DNA of 64,000 nt. Origin: Tubiluchus corallicola. Its lineage: Eukaryota; Animalia; Priapulida. This document shows, piece after piece, positions 1 to 30,110 of this stretch (position 1 is the stretch's first letter; the number at the start of each line of letters is the position of its first letter). The notes under the pieces were generated by a model. The model saw only the letters and a program-made list of their open reading frames with translations, did no database searches and was not told the origin of the DNA. The position numbers were made by a program, and so were the translations under genes. The stretch lies in the NCBI GenBank assembly GCA_030141605.1, contig JAQGDQ010000071.1, positions 127,787-191,786 of the forward strand. Reading direction: 5' to 3'.

Positions 1-274
1 CTTCCCCCAGTTTTTCTCGGAAAAACCCCGAAGTCGTCAGCCTCCTTGCGGAAATTATGACCTGTGTAGCATAGCCCACGTAAAAGTGACGCTCATTGCA
101 TAGCATAAAAACATTCCCTAATGAAGACTAGCCTATTTGAAGTCGATATTTTTTGTTTTTAATAGGAAAAGGCGGTACTGAAATATTAAATATCACATAT
201 TACTTCACACAATCATTGAGAAGATATGGCAATTTAAAAAATACTGTAATTTAAATATTGCTTCATAAAGCCTG

Positions 275-300
275 GTGTGTGTGTGTGTGTGTGCGTGTGT

Positions 301-349
<49 letters not shown>

Positions 350-370
350 CGTGCGTGTGTGTGTGTGTGT

Positions 371-403
<33 letters not shown>

Positions 404-445
404 CGTGTGCGTGTGCGTGTGCGTGTGCATGTGCGTGTGTGTGTG
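275..445. repeat. (TG)n/(TGCG)n compound microsatellite
   Basis: Directly visible; explains the spurious CV/HT ORFs at 205-614. Confidence 0.97.
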
Positions 446-504
446 CCATCATATATTATGTTTATTACCCAATAAAATAGTATTAAAACTCCCCTCCTTC
501 CCCT

Positions 505-537
<33 letters not shown>

Positions 538-601
538 TTCCCCTTCCTACTTCCCTCTCCCGCCTTCCTCTCCCTCCCACTTTACAAAAAGCAACAATTT
601 C

Positions 602-930
602 TGCAATTTTGTAATATAAAGTAAAATTATGTAACGGAGAAGGGGCAGCGAAGGGACCATACGGTCATCTTAGTTTCGAATCTTTCAATGAAATATGACT
701 GACTATATGCAAATCTGGTTGAGTAACGATGTACAGTAGAAGCAGTGGTGTAATAATTTGAGAATGGAGATGGCAGCATTTGGTGATTTAATTCGAGCAT
801 AAACTTTGCCAGTTCAAGCTGGTAAATGTCTTGAAGTTTTAGAAGGTCGAGATTAAAATATAAATGTGTCGTGTGGTCCTTCGCTGCCCACTTCTCGTTA
901 CATAATTTTACTTTATATTACAAAATTGCA
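602..930. mobile_element. MITE-like foldback element with terminal inverted repeats of about 65 bp
   Basis: Left arm tgcaattttgtaatataaagtaaaattatgtaacggagaaggggcagcgaagggacc (602-) is the near-perfect reverse complement of ggtccttcgctgcccacttctcgttacataattttactttatattacaaaattgca (-930). Non-coding interior. Confidence 0.7.
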
Positions 931-1134
931 AATGACCTTTGGAGAGAAGAAGAAATGAAAGTGTGTGTGTGAAGAAGAAATTTGATATTTTACACACACA
1001 CACACACACGCACTTTACACACACACATACACACACAGATAAAACAATAAATTAATATTTATTATCAATGATGCATAATTTATATTATTACCATAAAACA
1101 AAAAATATCATCGTCTGTCATATGGGAAAAATCA

Positions 1135-1168
<34 letters not shown>

Positions 1169-1257
1169 GTCAAAATAGATATTATATTTATTTATAGTTA
1201 GTAGTAATACGGCAATGTTCGGCAAATGCCTTTACAAATGCCTTTGTAAAATTTCAG

Positions 1258-18315
<17,058 letters not shown>

Positions 18316-18584
18316 ATTGTGGTTTTTCGCCTGCTATCAATCTGCACAGGAACAATTACATGACTGGAAAACGGCGTTTCTTCTTAAATTATTGCAAAAA
18401 ATTGAAAAAAACTAACATGGTTGTACACGTGTGTGGGCAGACTGGGCCTCAGACCTCTAGCGTACTGTTCCTTTTGTAAAGTATTTATGAAAAAAAACAG
18501 ACAGTCTAGTGCAACGGAATCATTAAGTCAGAGACCTAAACTTCGATGTAGTCAAACTTCCGCCACTGTTTTGGCTGTTGATGT

Positions 18585-18635
18585 AATAAAGTGTTGTTTG
18601 GAATGTTTCGCTCTATCGGACCTTGTTTAAATAAA
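18585..18635 (+). terminator. Candidate polyadenylation signals of the NDST-like gene
   Basis: AATAAA at 18585-18590 followed by GT-rich gtgttgtttgg, and a second AATAAA near 18630, about 270-320 bp after the stop. AT-rich context makes chance hits likely. Confidence 0.3.
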
Positions 18636-20106
18636 GTTTAAATCGTCAATTGAACTATATTAGCTTTTTATTTGATATACATAATGAAATTTATAAAATA
18701 ATTAAGTTTACAAGTTACGCATTCAACAAAATACGAGAAGGTCAACAATTGTAGGGTTTATAGGTCCAGAACTAGGGCATACCCTAACATTAACGGCGTA
18801 AATCTGAAAATCACAGCAAAGTGTATTTTGCAATGCTGAATGAATATCTAGAATTACGGATTAAATCCATTTAGTATCGCAAAAGTGTTGAATTCGATTA
18901 TGTCATATTTTGCATTGCCACCTGTGTACAGGTTCACAGGTCTGCATCCCGAGAAAGATTCAATATTATCCGCAATTAACCAAAAGCAGTACTTTGAACC
19001 AAACTTATATCGAAATTTCGTTTATAGAAAACAAAAACGAAAATTTAAAACATGCGCATAGTTATTATTACATTACAAAAACATTTCCCAAGTGATATAT
19101 ATACAAGGATTATATTAATTAGAACGATTACATGATAATTAGAATGCGAAGAAAGAAAAATAGAGGAAAAATGCAACGTAAGAGCCATTGGTAAACGTTA
19201 AGTTAATGACAACATCAAAACTAACATGAATGAAACAATTTACACAATCACTACAAAATACAAATATAATGACTACATACCGAGAACTGGCTACGGATTG
19301 GAGTGTTATAACGTAATATTTTGTCACTTCAAGCTAGCTAGAAAATAGATGCAAGATTACAACTATATATACCTTCTGAGAAAGAAGCCTATATGCAAGT
19401 GATTACACGTCTGATTGAGTACAAAACTGGTTTACATAAAGTTAAATGTAGACTATGAAAACAGATTTACTAGTTCTTGACAACAAAGTAAATCACTCTA
19501 CGCACAGACTAATACATAATTAAGTAAAATACACGTAAAACAGCTAACTTTAGTGAACTGATGCGGGTTCTTGGTTTACTAACGTGTCACGTGACAGTAA
19601 CTAGATCTTTAAAAGATTCTGCTGCAATTAGTGGGTGGTTCCTCCCTTACTTTTTACAAAATGTCTGGACTAGTAATCTTCGTGCTCCTTACACATACAA
19701 GAAATAAAGTCTTGGGAATCTGGATAATTTATCCAAAAACTGTTACGACTAAAGACAGATATTAATTTACCGTAGGACATTGCTTTATCAAGGTTTTGCT
19801 TTATGTAACTGGACCTTACACAACATACAAATGCAAAGAAATACTAACATTTCAGTGCGCATAATATTTTTTGTGTTAACTCAGTTTTGCTTTATTTTCT
19901 ATATAGGCTAGACGAACAGTTTAAAAGCCTCAGTGTGAAAACACTAAACCATGAAAACAGAATACAAAAAAAAAACAAAGAGCCCTCTTGCTTCATTTTA
20001 TTGTAGTTTTACAGGAATCGATTTCAATACATTTTACAAGCACACGTTTAAATTTAATAGATTTTATTACCACATCTAGGAAACTCAATAAGCAATTGAC
20101 GCATCT

Positions 20107-21114
20107 CTATTTAAATGGCTTCTTTCTTCCTATGAAATACACTCCTGTCTCATGGCACTTTCGCTTTAAACTTTCTAAAGTTGGTTCTCTATTAACAAAA
20201 ATGGGTTCAAATGCATCTAAGAACTTTTCCACCACGAGTAATGATATTCTAATTGGGTGAAGTTTAAACGATCCCAACACACAGTTGCCTTGTTCTGGAT
20301 CTTTGTACCATCGTTCATGCCAGATTATTGTGCCATTGTCTTTCAATAATGTGTGGGCGTTGTGAAGAAACAATAGAGCATCCTGTACGTGTTCTATTAC
20401 ATTGATACTAATGAGCGTATCGAATGTACCAGGTTTAGTGAACGTTTCTGCTGGAGAGGAGACAATAGTTGTTGGGTAATTAAGAATTTTACCATTTTTG
20501 TATGTACATGTTTTTACGTGTTTCATGTACAAATCAGCCATTGGTTCAACAAGTGTGACGTGACTCACATTTACTTGTTGATTGTCTTTTAAAATGTAAT
20601 AACTTTGAGTAAATGGACCGGCGCCAATTTCTACTAAGTTACCCAGGTGTTTTGGCAGCAGTTTGTAACCATGAAAACCTTCTACATGTTCATTTGCACG
20701 GTCACCTTGAGGTCTTTCTATAGTCCATCTACCAAATTCCTTCTGCTGAGCAGCTTTCCACAGGAACGTTGGCACTTGGACTATACCCGTTTGTGGATTC
20801 ATAAAACAACTCGCCGACAAAGAAGTTTTGGGCATTTGTTTGTCATACGTTAAAGATTGCCTTAAATTAGGGCACCGGTTCAGCTTGTTGTCAGTAATCA
20901 AAAGCTTTTCACAACATTGTGCTCCAGTGTATCCAGGATGGCAAAAACAATAGTTAAAATACCAACTTCCATGATGATGACAAGCACATCTGCTGCCAAT
21001 AAACGATTTCGCGCTATTTTGCCATTGATTTTTCAAAATCACGCGGAAAACTGTTAGTAACAACAACGTGGCAGGTAACTTCAATTTTGCCGTGTTCCTC
21101 AAAAACGAATGCAT
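20107..21114 (-). CDS. Intronless type II membrane protein with an EGF-like Cys module and a class I SAM-dependent methyltransferase domain, 335 aa
   Basis: Single open frame; first ATG at 21114 (ORF track starts at a GTG, 21135). Hydrophobic anchor LPATLLLLTVFRVIL; EGF-like CACHHHGSWYFNYCFCHPGYTGAQC; MTase motif I LVEIGAGPF, beta-2 acidic TLVEP, and FDTLISINVIEHVQDALLFLHNAHTLLKDNGTII (Methyltransf_11/23-like). Confidence 0.85.
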   Translation of the reverse strand: MHSFLRNTAKLKLPATLLLLTVFRVILKNQWQNSAKSFIGSRCACHHHGSWYFNYCFCHPGYTGAQCCEKLLITDNKLNRCPNLRQSLTYDKQMPKTSLSASCFMNPQTGIVQVPTFLWKAAQQKEFGRWTIERPQGDRANEHVEGFHGYKLLPKHLGNLVEIGAGPFTQSYYILKDNQQVNVSHVTLVEPMADLYMKHVKTCTYKNGKILNYPTTIVSSPAETFTKPGTFDTLISINVIEHVQDALLFLHNAHTLLKDNGTIIWHERWYKDPEQGNCVLGSFKLHPIRISLLVVEKFLDAFEPIFVNREPTLESLKRKCHETGVYFIGRKKPFK

Positions 21115-23929
21115 AATTTCGTTAAAAATGAACACTGTCTAGTTTTGCATTCAGCTTCATTTTGGATTAAAATACGTGAAACATAACTTTGAAGATAAAT
21201 GACAAACGGGAAAACGTACGCCAATTATTCAGAAACAACTCAGTTCTCTTCTTTTCCTACTAGAATCATTAATCAAAGGATCATAAATCAAGTTTTAATT
21301 ATAAAAAGTGCACAAGTTCGACCGCAAAACCTTAAAAGGTGATTAGTTTACTTTGATTAAGCAGTGTACAACAAACTAACGTTAATGATCCATAATAGTA
21401 TCACGGTAGAAGCTAATTAGAAATGAACTGGGCAGGAACTGAATCAGACTTGAATGATTGCGTGAACTCCGGTGTGCGTTATAAGTGTTCGGCTGTAGCT
21501 TCTTCCTTACCACTGCTTCACGAGACAAGTAATAAGATTAAGAAAATAGACACTTTGTCAATAGTAAAATCACTGTAGTGGCTGCGAATGTAGCAAATGG
21601 TACTGAAAAGAGTGCAGCTTTTCTAACGTGTTGGCTATAATTGCTTCCAACTCGTCTGTGTTAAGTTTGATAAATAGTTGTGCGCTAAAAATGTACCTTT
21701 ACGGGTAAACTTAGAAAATAGTTAAATTTCAACATTTTGCTTTAAAATCTGTAGAAGACGACACCATTACCTTCCCCGACATGCACGCGATTTTACACTG
21801 CTACCTGCTAGGTCATAAAATTGTAGCTTTTTCGTACATTCACATGGTAAAGGACTCCACAATTATTTAAAAATACATTATTTCTCTTGAATCTTCACGG
21901 TATTACGTAAAATTAACCTCTTTACTTTCTATTTCTGAACATAATCATCGCATTATGCTGCGGGTTAGAAAAATGTGCGACATTTTGGGTGCTTAACTAG
22001 CTCCATGCAGCGTTGCCATGCAACAATCGCTCAAAATCACAAGATTCTAACAATGTCTTCTGAGTATAGAACTGTATTGTACAGTACTTATATGCTGTAT
22101 TGCGTTGAAATACTGTACCATCTAAACCGTTACTTGCTGTACATTTTTATTTTCTACTGTTTTTTTTTCACTTTAGTTTCCGCCTTTGTTGTTACTAAGT
22201 TCTCATAAAAATGTTTTTCGCCACACTTTCGTGCAGTCGTGAAAAAAATAATACGATTTTCAACAAACAACAATCGTAAGAAATAACTTGTGTTCTGTTC
22301 CGCTGCATGCAAAACCACTAAGTGCACGGGTTTGGCATTACTGGTTGCCGTGTTTCATAATCACACTGTTATTAAAACTTGGCTGTTTTTCAGTTAATGG
22401 TTTTGTTTTGGTTATCGGTTCAAAGACATGTGGTGTGGTGGGTTTCGGTTAACCTATTTACTACTAACACGTTCGTCATTAGGTTTTTTTTGCAGCACTC
22501 ACTAATGGTGCAGTGTAGTGAAACTAATCAAATCTTTTTTTACCATCTTCGATTGATATTTTGCTCAAAATACGTTTTTCAAATTTCATGTTTGACAAAC
22601 AGTCTTGAAGGACTAGTGGGCTAAGCTAAAGAGGGATCAGGGCCTACGGCATAATTATTACACTTTTTCATTCTATTTAAAGAATTTTCGAGTGTGTAGC
22701 TAATATACAACTGTTTTTGGAATGTTTGCTTCTATCGAAAAACTGTATTTGGATTCGTTTTTTAGTTTTAATATGAAATAGCTTTAAGGTGTGAAAGTCT
22801 ATCCAGGCTGTGCACTGATAACTTTTTGTAATCAGTCAAATAGCTGATTGGCGATGGGCAAATGGCAACATGAGAAAATTATGTAATTTACAGACCCCAC
22901 AGTAGACTATTGTGTATTATGAAAGTATCACGAAGCATATTATACGTCGACAAATGTTGGTATATTCTATAGACTCCATTAGCTGAAACAAGGGCATGTG
23001 AATGGAGTCTAAGTAACAGTTTTGCATTGCAGCACACGTCATTTATGTCCAATTAATAATAATAATTATTATTCCCATAGCAGCATCATATTACTGTGTT
23101 TATGAGATAATCTGTGTTTAGTCTGTCCTTCAAGTGGTGGACTAGGTAAAAATTTGAGCTTTGTATGCATGCATATTTCTGCATCTGTATAACTGTATTA
23201 TTATTTCCATATTATGTTTTTGAATAAAAGATTTAAAACAATAATTAATCTGTTTTAGGCAGCATTGATATAAACATTTAACACTAAATACATTAAGTCT
23301 TCATAAATTCAATTAATAATTTTTTATTCAAAACAACTAAATACATATCACTTTAAAAGAAAGTACCTAAACAAAAATTACATTAGAGTTCATGTTTTAT
23401 GTCTAAAGAAAAACTATCATTTATTTAGATGAACTTATTAAATTTGTAACTATTATGCTAAAAAATTCGTGCTTCACTAATTGAGGCCTTTTGAATATAT
23501 TATTGCACGGACAAATTTACAATTAAGTCATTTTTCAAATATAATTTAAATAAAATAGTTAACTAAGCTAGGTCTATGTTAAGCTTGTGTAGTCTTTTTA
23601 GACTGATCATGTATAAATTTTATGTCTATATACCAAGGCACACAGCTAATTTTATTGCAGTATAATTATTAAAGAAACTATAATTTCACAACTAGTTTGT
23701 ACTGGAATTGACATACGTACATATTGATATATCTATTATTACCATGGCCGGATTTTGTATGCCCCTGGGCACAGATACTATGCGGCCCATTTCTTAACCT
23801 GCCATGGATTTATGACTATATTTGAAAATACGATAACGTTGCTGTAAAACGTTAATACAAATCATTGCAATGCTATTAACGAATATTGTGATGCAATAGT
23901 TAATGTTAGCATCAAGCTCAGTCAAAATG

Positions 23930-24605
23930 CCAAAAACTTGGCAAAGAGAACAAAAATTTGTAGAACCGGCCCACAGAACGTCCTTATTTTGCCATGACTT
24001 TGGGTTGTTGCCGGCATTGTCAGTGATATTAGATGCCGTTTGCGAAATCAATACGCCACATTAAAAGAATGAAGTCCATATGCGTAAACTCAGGTTTGAC
24101 GAACATGTCCAAAATAATAACTCTTCAAAATCTAATCTTTTAAAAAAATTAAGTGCAATGAAAGGCGACAATAATCTTATTGCCACTTGTGTTGAAGGCC
24201 TAAAGATGAAAATGAGATTTCAAACTCATTTTGCTGAAAAACTTTACAACATCGTTGTCTATGATGCTAACGAAAAGCAGCTTTTAAATAAACGTTTTCA
24301 GGATAACATTGAACATACTAACAACTTTTTGTTTTCAGTGAGTGACATAGCTACAACCATTACTCACCTAAAATCTGTAAGTGCGACGGTTCTGATTGTC
24401 TCTCTCTCCTGATCATTTAACAATGGCTCACATATTTTATTTATTTATTCAACTATGTTGCTCACCAAGATATTTAGTCATAGCACAGTTCCTAACAATT
24501 TCCTTTATTCTAACAATGCACATAGTTAAAGATAAGCGAGGTAATTTGTCAGCCATATCTAACTACAGAGCCATTGCACTGACTTCTTCTCAGCAAACTA
24601 CTAGA
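23930..24605 (+). mobile_element. Degenerate LINE ORF2 fragment (pre-RT/RT start)
   Basis: Frameshifted remnants SVSDIATTITHLKS..SPDHL..IVKDKRGNLSAISNYRAIALTS resemble the NYRPIAL region of LINE reverse transcriptases. The left boundary is approximate. Confidence 0.7.
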
Positions 24606-24793
24606 TTTGTTAATTTTGAGTCAATCATCAAACTTGAACTTCGATTTGAATCCTTGAATGGTGGACTAGGACGTGAACTTGGACTTGAGCTAGGACCCTG
24701 AAGTTTTCCACCTCCTGGCACCATTGACTAGCTGTTGTTTGCTTGATGATTTAATGCTGGTTTTATAGTTACATATGCGATCACTTAATATCA

Positions 24794-27700
24794 TTAATTT
24801 TTAGAAAATGGTGCCATTTCGTAAACTTTGCTAAGTTTTTGTTTTGTCCTACATTTTTTAAATAAATATGTTTTATTTGCATAAAGTATTTTGGTTTCTT
24901 GCAGAAATGTGTTGTAGAGTCTTGCGTTTACAAGTGAGAGTCTGCAGTCTTTTTCCTTACATATTTTGTCCTTGCCTGCTATTCCTTCATGCACAAGAAA
25001 CGTATTGTCTAAAACATGAAAATTGTAATCCAGTAAACACATCTGAAAAGTTTGTTGAATTTTGTTAAATCCTCTTCCTCGAAATCTTTCATCGTGCATT
25101 GGCTCTTTGTTGTTTCCTGCAGTAAAAAACGTTTAGCCTGTAGCAAAGATGAAGTGTTTTGAAATAGTTGGCAATGGTACTTGATTTCTTTTACATATTT
25201 TTAGATGAGACAAGTCCTTTACTATTAGTGATATAAGTAAGAATAAAATTAAAGGAAAAACCGACACTAGAACAACATTCAGTGTGTTTTAAAAGTAAGT
25301 TAAAAATATTGAAATTACCACACTATACATACGCATAAACTGCCTTGCTTAAAAATGCGAAGGACATTTAAATAATTCTTATCTCCAGCCAAATGAACCT
25401 CGCTGCATATTTTAAAAAAATGACGTAAGCTGGTGGACAGCGTGAACGCCATGATGGTACGCCTAGCAAAACTTCTGTAGTTTACGGAGAAGTTCCGCTG
25501 TTTTAGCGCTGTGTTTAATTAGTTGTCGGATCAATTAGCAAAAAAATGCTTCCACAGCTTTAATACACAAGATTGTACCTTACTGTACAAGTACTGTACA
25601 AGTAATTCACAAGTACTGTATAATGTGTACATCATCAATTTGCAGCTTTTTGTTAACTTTCTGATTAGCATGCAATTCTGCGAAGGTATAGTAGGCTTTT
25701 GCAATTTCAGTTTTATCTTGTTAAAATAGTTATTCTCTTATATTGTCGGAGTTAGTGCTGGGTGTTATACGATCATTGGTAACTGCTTTTCATTAAATTA
25801 GTGGAATAAGTGATTTAGTAAGAGATTCCGGGTAGCTAAAGTTAAAATGCATTTTCATTGAGCCCTGTTTAATAAATACAAGTATGCAATATAACAAATA
25901 CACAGTAATTCTTCGTACCTATGTACACAGGCTCCCAGAAGGGTGGAATCCACTTTGTTTTACAGACCTCTGCAAGATCGTTTGTTACATTGATTCTTCT
26001 CCACCAGTCGTAACAAGGTATCAAATGGCACAGTCGGCACATGTTCTAAAGTAGGTGAAACTAGTTGACAAAATTTGTGATGTGATCAGAAACTGAATAA
26101 TTCGCAAACATTAATTACAGAATTAGACCTTGAAATGACATTAACCTGCTGCTTGAAGGTCATAATTTTGATTTAATGAATTGTCATTGCATAGGTCAAA
26201 GATCAGCCAATCTCCTGTCAACTAGTACCATTCAATTCGCCTCATCGATACCTTCCCGTTTATGTACTGCAAGATAGTTTTTCCCGACACTGGAAGCACT
26301 TGTTTTCCTAACCCATATATTGTACCTAGTGGGGTAGGTGGTCAATCAATCTTAGCTTATTCAATTATTCCCAAAGTTTCAAGTTAAATATCCATCACAG
26401 ACTCTAAGTGAAGTGGCACAACCAGCTAGCTAAGGGCTGCAGCAGCAGAAAGCAACCGGGTAAGTAGAACCGCGATAGTCTACAGAGTAAAATTTTGTAA
26501 AAAATCTCAGTTTAACTTTTCATCATAAGTTGTAAGTCAGCTAGGTCAACAAGTAACAAAACAACTGAGGGCATGCAGAAAGCGCGCTTAGCTCCTCCAA
26601 AGGATTAACACGCTTTTTCTTCACCGTTGAGTGCCTGCAAACAACAAAGAACACTTGTGAAGCCTCGGCAGCCTCTGCTGACCACAAGTACCGAGATCGA
26701 TTCGTGAATGATTTCAATTTAACCTGAGACCACGTTTTCGCTGACCCACATCACTTTTCCACAAATTGTACATAATCTTCAAGAAGCCCATTGAATATCA
26801 CACTAAATTAATTTTAACTTTACTTAAGTTTATAATTTATTAATGTTTTCTATTGTTATTAAATTGTTATTGTAAAAGTGTACTAACAGCACTATGGAAC
26901 TACTATTATGGAAGTACTAAATTTGAATACTATTTTCAATTTTTTCGGCATGTTATTTAAGATGCCTCTTACAGTGGTACAATCTTGGAAGACGAGAATG
27001 AAATTCTGACTTGGGCAAGTAGGATGCATGGGACGGAAAACTGTGAACTAAAAAGATCGACAGACAGTTGCACAAACAGCTTAATGAAGCTTTCTGTCAT
27101 GTCTCGTTTCGTCTCGTTTTGTTTCACCACACCTCTCCTCATCTGATCCATTTTAACCAAATATCTGTAAGAAATGCCCAAAAAGCTACAAGAAGATCTA
27201 TGATTTTCGTTTTACCTCATGAAATGGAACAGCCGCTTTGTTATTAATCAGCATGAGCAATTCTGTTTTTGTGTTTGGTACTGGTGTCCCTGGAGCTAAT
27301 TCAAATACGGGAAGCACATAAACGATATTTAATGTTGCATTTACATTAGACTTGTCAAGCATTTTGAAGAACTTTTCCATAAGTCTTGGAGTTGGTTTCA
27401 GTTCCACATCCATTAACAAAACACGTTCTGTGTAAACAGCACGACGTGCTGTATTACGACCCACATTTACAGGATACGGTCCATATTGTGACATCTCAGG
27501 ACCATCAACAGGAGGCACCGTTAAATCATAACATGTTAAATTAGATGTGTTTTTGCTGTGTGAAATTGTCGGTATTCTATTTGAAGGAAAAAACAGAGAC
27601 ACCGCAACCTTATCTAAAAACCGCCAATCACATTTGCGATACAAAAGGATTCTGTCAATTGTAAATTCGTAGCTGTTTCCTGGCACGTACAGGGCTGCAG

Positions 27701-28121
27701 ATATTGGACCATCAAATCTTTCTGCTAAGTCCAGCAAATGATGCATATATTCCCAAGAGGTTTGTGTTGCTATAGACAGGGTCCTCGTGGAGTTAAATCG
27801 CTTGTTTGGCAGAATAAAGTTGATAACTTTAGTATAAGAAAGTACATCGTGAGTAACAAAATCAGGAAACTTTGTTATAATAACATCCGTCGTATTTCCT
27901 TCTAATATAGTTAAGGGTTGAACTTGAAAAAGCCGATTTAAACGGATTTGAGATGTTGTTTTGCTTGCGTTTTCGTATTTTATAGCTTTGTGGACTTCTT
28001 CCGACACCAGTGATGTATTTGCCAATTCAAGGTAGTCTAGTAACATGTGTCTCTTCTGATAAAACAGAATAACAACACCGATCATCAATATACAGACGAA
28101 CCTACGTATCACTCGCTGCAT
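24794..28121 (-). CDS. B4GAT1: Beta-1,4-glucuronyltransferase 1-like (B4GAT1/LARGE-type, CAZy GT49), 3 coding exons, 451 aa
   Basis: Exons 28121-27216 (ATG; TM FVCILMIGVVILFY; SIATQ, RFDGPISAALY, YPVNVGRNTARR, LLMDVELKP, VYVLPVFE, VPFHE), 26045-25919 (MCRLCHLIPCYDWW..WEPVYIG) and 25116-24794 (EPMHDERFRGRGFNKIQQ..FHVLDNTFLVHEG, TAA). Phases 0 and 1 join correctly with GT-AG. The symbol denotes family likeness, not proven orthology. Confidence 0.88.
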
Positions 28122-28991
28122 GTTTCTAGTCTCCAAGATTTAATTGTAGACATACTGAGTGCTGAGGTACCCAAAGAGATTACGAGCATTTTTGTTACCA
28201 GGCTAATTCTTCACAATAGCGCAGCTCCATTAAGTTTCACTTTTACAGCATTTAGTATCGGGTAATGGTATTGATGATGGCCAAACAACGATTATCAACG
28301 GGAATTATTCACGATGTAGTTAGTCATCAAAACTAATGCGCAGAAATAGTGAGCGCTGAATGCTTTATAGATTTATGCACATATTTTCTACAAAAACAAT
28401 TTTCCCTAAATATTGAAAACTATCGCCAACAATAACTTTATTATTATTAACATGATTTATTTTCGAACACACATGTGCAGTCAAGTTACATAAGTGATTC
28501 AACTAAAAGCAATTGGTAGATTAGTAGTGAAAGTAAAATAAATTTTAAACGCTGACGACAACAACAAAACGCAAGCACGGATATTATTTACATACACGAG
28601 GACAAAGCAACTAATTTAAAAACATACCACGTATTCTAATATTTCTCTCAATTGATACCGTCATAAAAAATTAAATTTCCGGTTTACAATACATAATATT
28701 CAATCTTTTGCTAAGCTTATTGTTGCTGGCTGCCTCGAACTTAACTCGCGTCTTTTTACAATTTTTACAAGATAATACATCTAAAATATCTAAATGCATT
28801 TTCCAGGGTAACATTATTTTCTATAACAATTTTATACAAGTTGAACCCCTTTATTGAGTTAACGTCATACATCGTATGTTTGGCTATAAAGTTAATTGTC
28901 GAGTTACTACTATTTTTACATATTACATAGAATTTTAAACTGTTTATCAAAGTGCTTACTCGGCTGAACGATACCAACAACATGGGGCAAA

Positions 28992-28998
28992 ATTATTA

Positions 28999-29035
<37 letters not shown>

Positions 29036-29055
29036 TATTATTATTATTATTATTA
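28992..29055. repeat. (ATT)n microsatellite
   Basis: Directly visible. Confidence 0.9.
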
Positions 29056-29062
29056 TATATAT

Positions 29063-29655
29063 TAATATTCTTGGTATATATATATATATATAAGATTCGA
29101 GGCTACAGCCCGGACGAGGGCACCATTTGTGGCGATCTATACATCAAACGAAAGGTCTCGATCTAGTGTCGTCTCATTGGGGGTTTATTTTTCGAATCGG
29201 GCCCACCGCGATAATATTCTTGGTATATATATATATATAAGATTCGAGGCTACAGCCCGGATGTGGGCACCATTTGCGGCGATCTATATATCAAACGAAA
29301 GGTCTCGATCTAGTGTCGTCTCATTGGGGGTTTATTTTTCGAATCGGGCCCACCGCGAGGAACGGGGGGCGAAAAACCTCCAAAAATGGCCATTTTTCGG
29401 CCGTTTTTTGCAAAAGTTATACGCCTGAGATGTAGAGAACGGGAATGGGCCGAGGGTGGTGCTGGGTATGGATAGATAGCCCGTTCAGCGATGGGTGTCA
29501 TAGGCCTATTTAGAATTCGCGAGAGGGCCACGGCGCCCCGCAACGGGCGTTTTTCCGGACCCAACTCGCGATTTTTTCGAAATTCTGATTAAACAGCATG
29601 CGGAAAAAACGTTCTAGCGGCGCCTGGTGGGACTCTCGGAAGGAGATATATAGCT
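29063..29655. mobile_element. GC/CpG-rich non-autonomous interspersed element with an internal tandem duplication of about 149 bp
   Basis: taatattcttggt(at)n aagattcgaggctacagcccgg...gggcccaccgcg occurs at 29063-29210 and again at 29212-29357. Composition shifts sharply to GC/CpG-rich sequence bounded by (TA)n. Family assignment (Helitron/DINE-like) is only a guess. Confidence 0.55.
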
Positions 29656-29995
29656 CTTTACAAAGAGAAAGAACGGGGCTACACGATGATGTGGGCTATA
29701 TTTTAGGGCAGTTCCACCGAGAGGAGTACCGACGAGTTAATTGGATGTTCTATTTTCGACAATTTTCACTTAGAAAACTGCTGACGCAAAGCCATTGTAG
29801 TGACGTCATCCATTGTACTCTGTCTATAATCTTATAGCTTTAATTCAGCAAAAAGCTGCTACAGGCAAAGTAAACAAACAGTAGGCAGGATGTTACGGGC
29901 TTTGTGTTATAAATGAGTACTAGGTAGAATGTTCGCGTATTATTGATTACACGTGTATTTATACGCAAAATCTTTTGCGGGGCCTTTGCTAGTTA

Positions 29996-30048
29996 ATATT
30001 ATTATTTTTATTATTATTACTATTATTATTATGATGATGATGATGATG

Positions 30049-30107
<59 letters not shown>

Positions 30108-30110
30108 TAT
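29996..30110. repeat. (ATT)n/(ATG)n/(ATC)n compound microsatellite
   Basis: Directly visible. Confidence 0.9.

Noticed and set aside
110-150. Hammerhead/Penelope-like ctaatgaagac..gtcgata motif (similar weak motifs near 7420 and 36170)
   Set aside because: The core CUGANGA/GAAA consensus is broken; at most a decayed repeat.
205-614. Five overlapping ORFs rich in CV/HT/AR dipeptides (and the similar set at 12197-12524)
   Set aside because: Translations of (TG)n/(CA)n microsatellites.
27405-27420. DVE in place of DxD in the GT49 protein as a sign of inactivation
   Set aside because: DxE at this position is, as I recall, common in invertebrate B4GAT1-like proteins, and the other motifs are intact.
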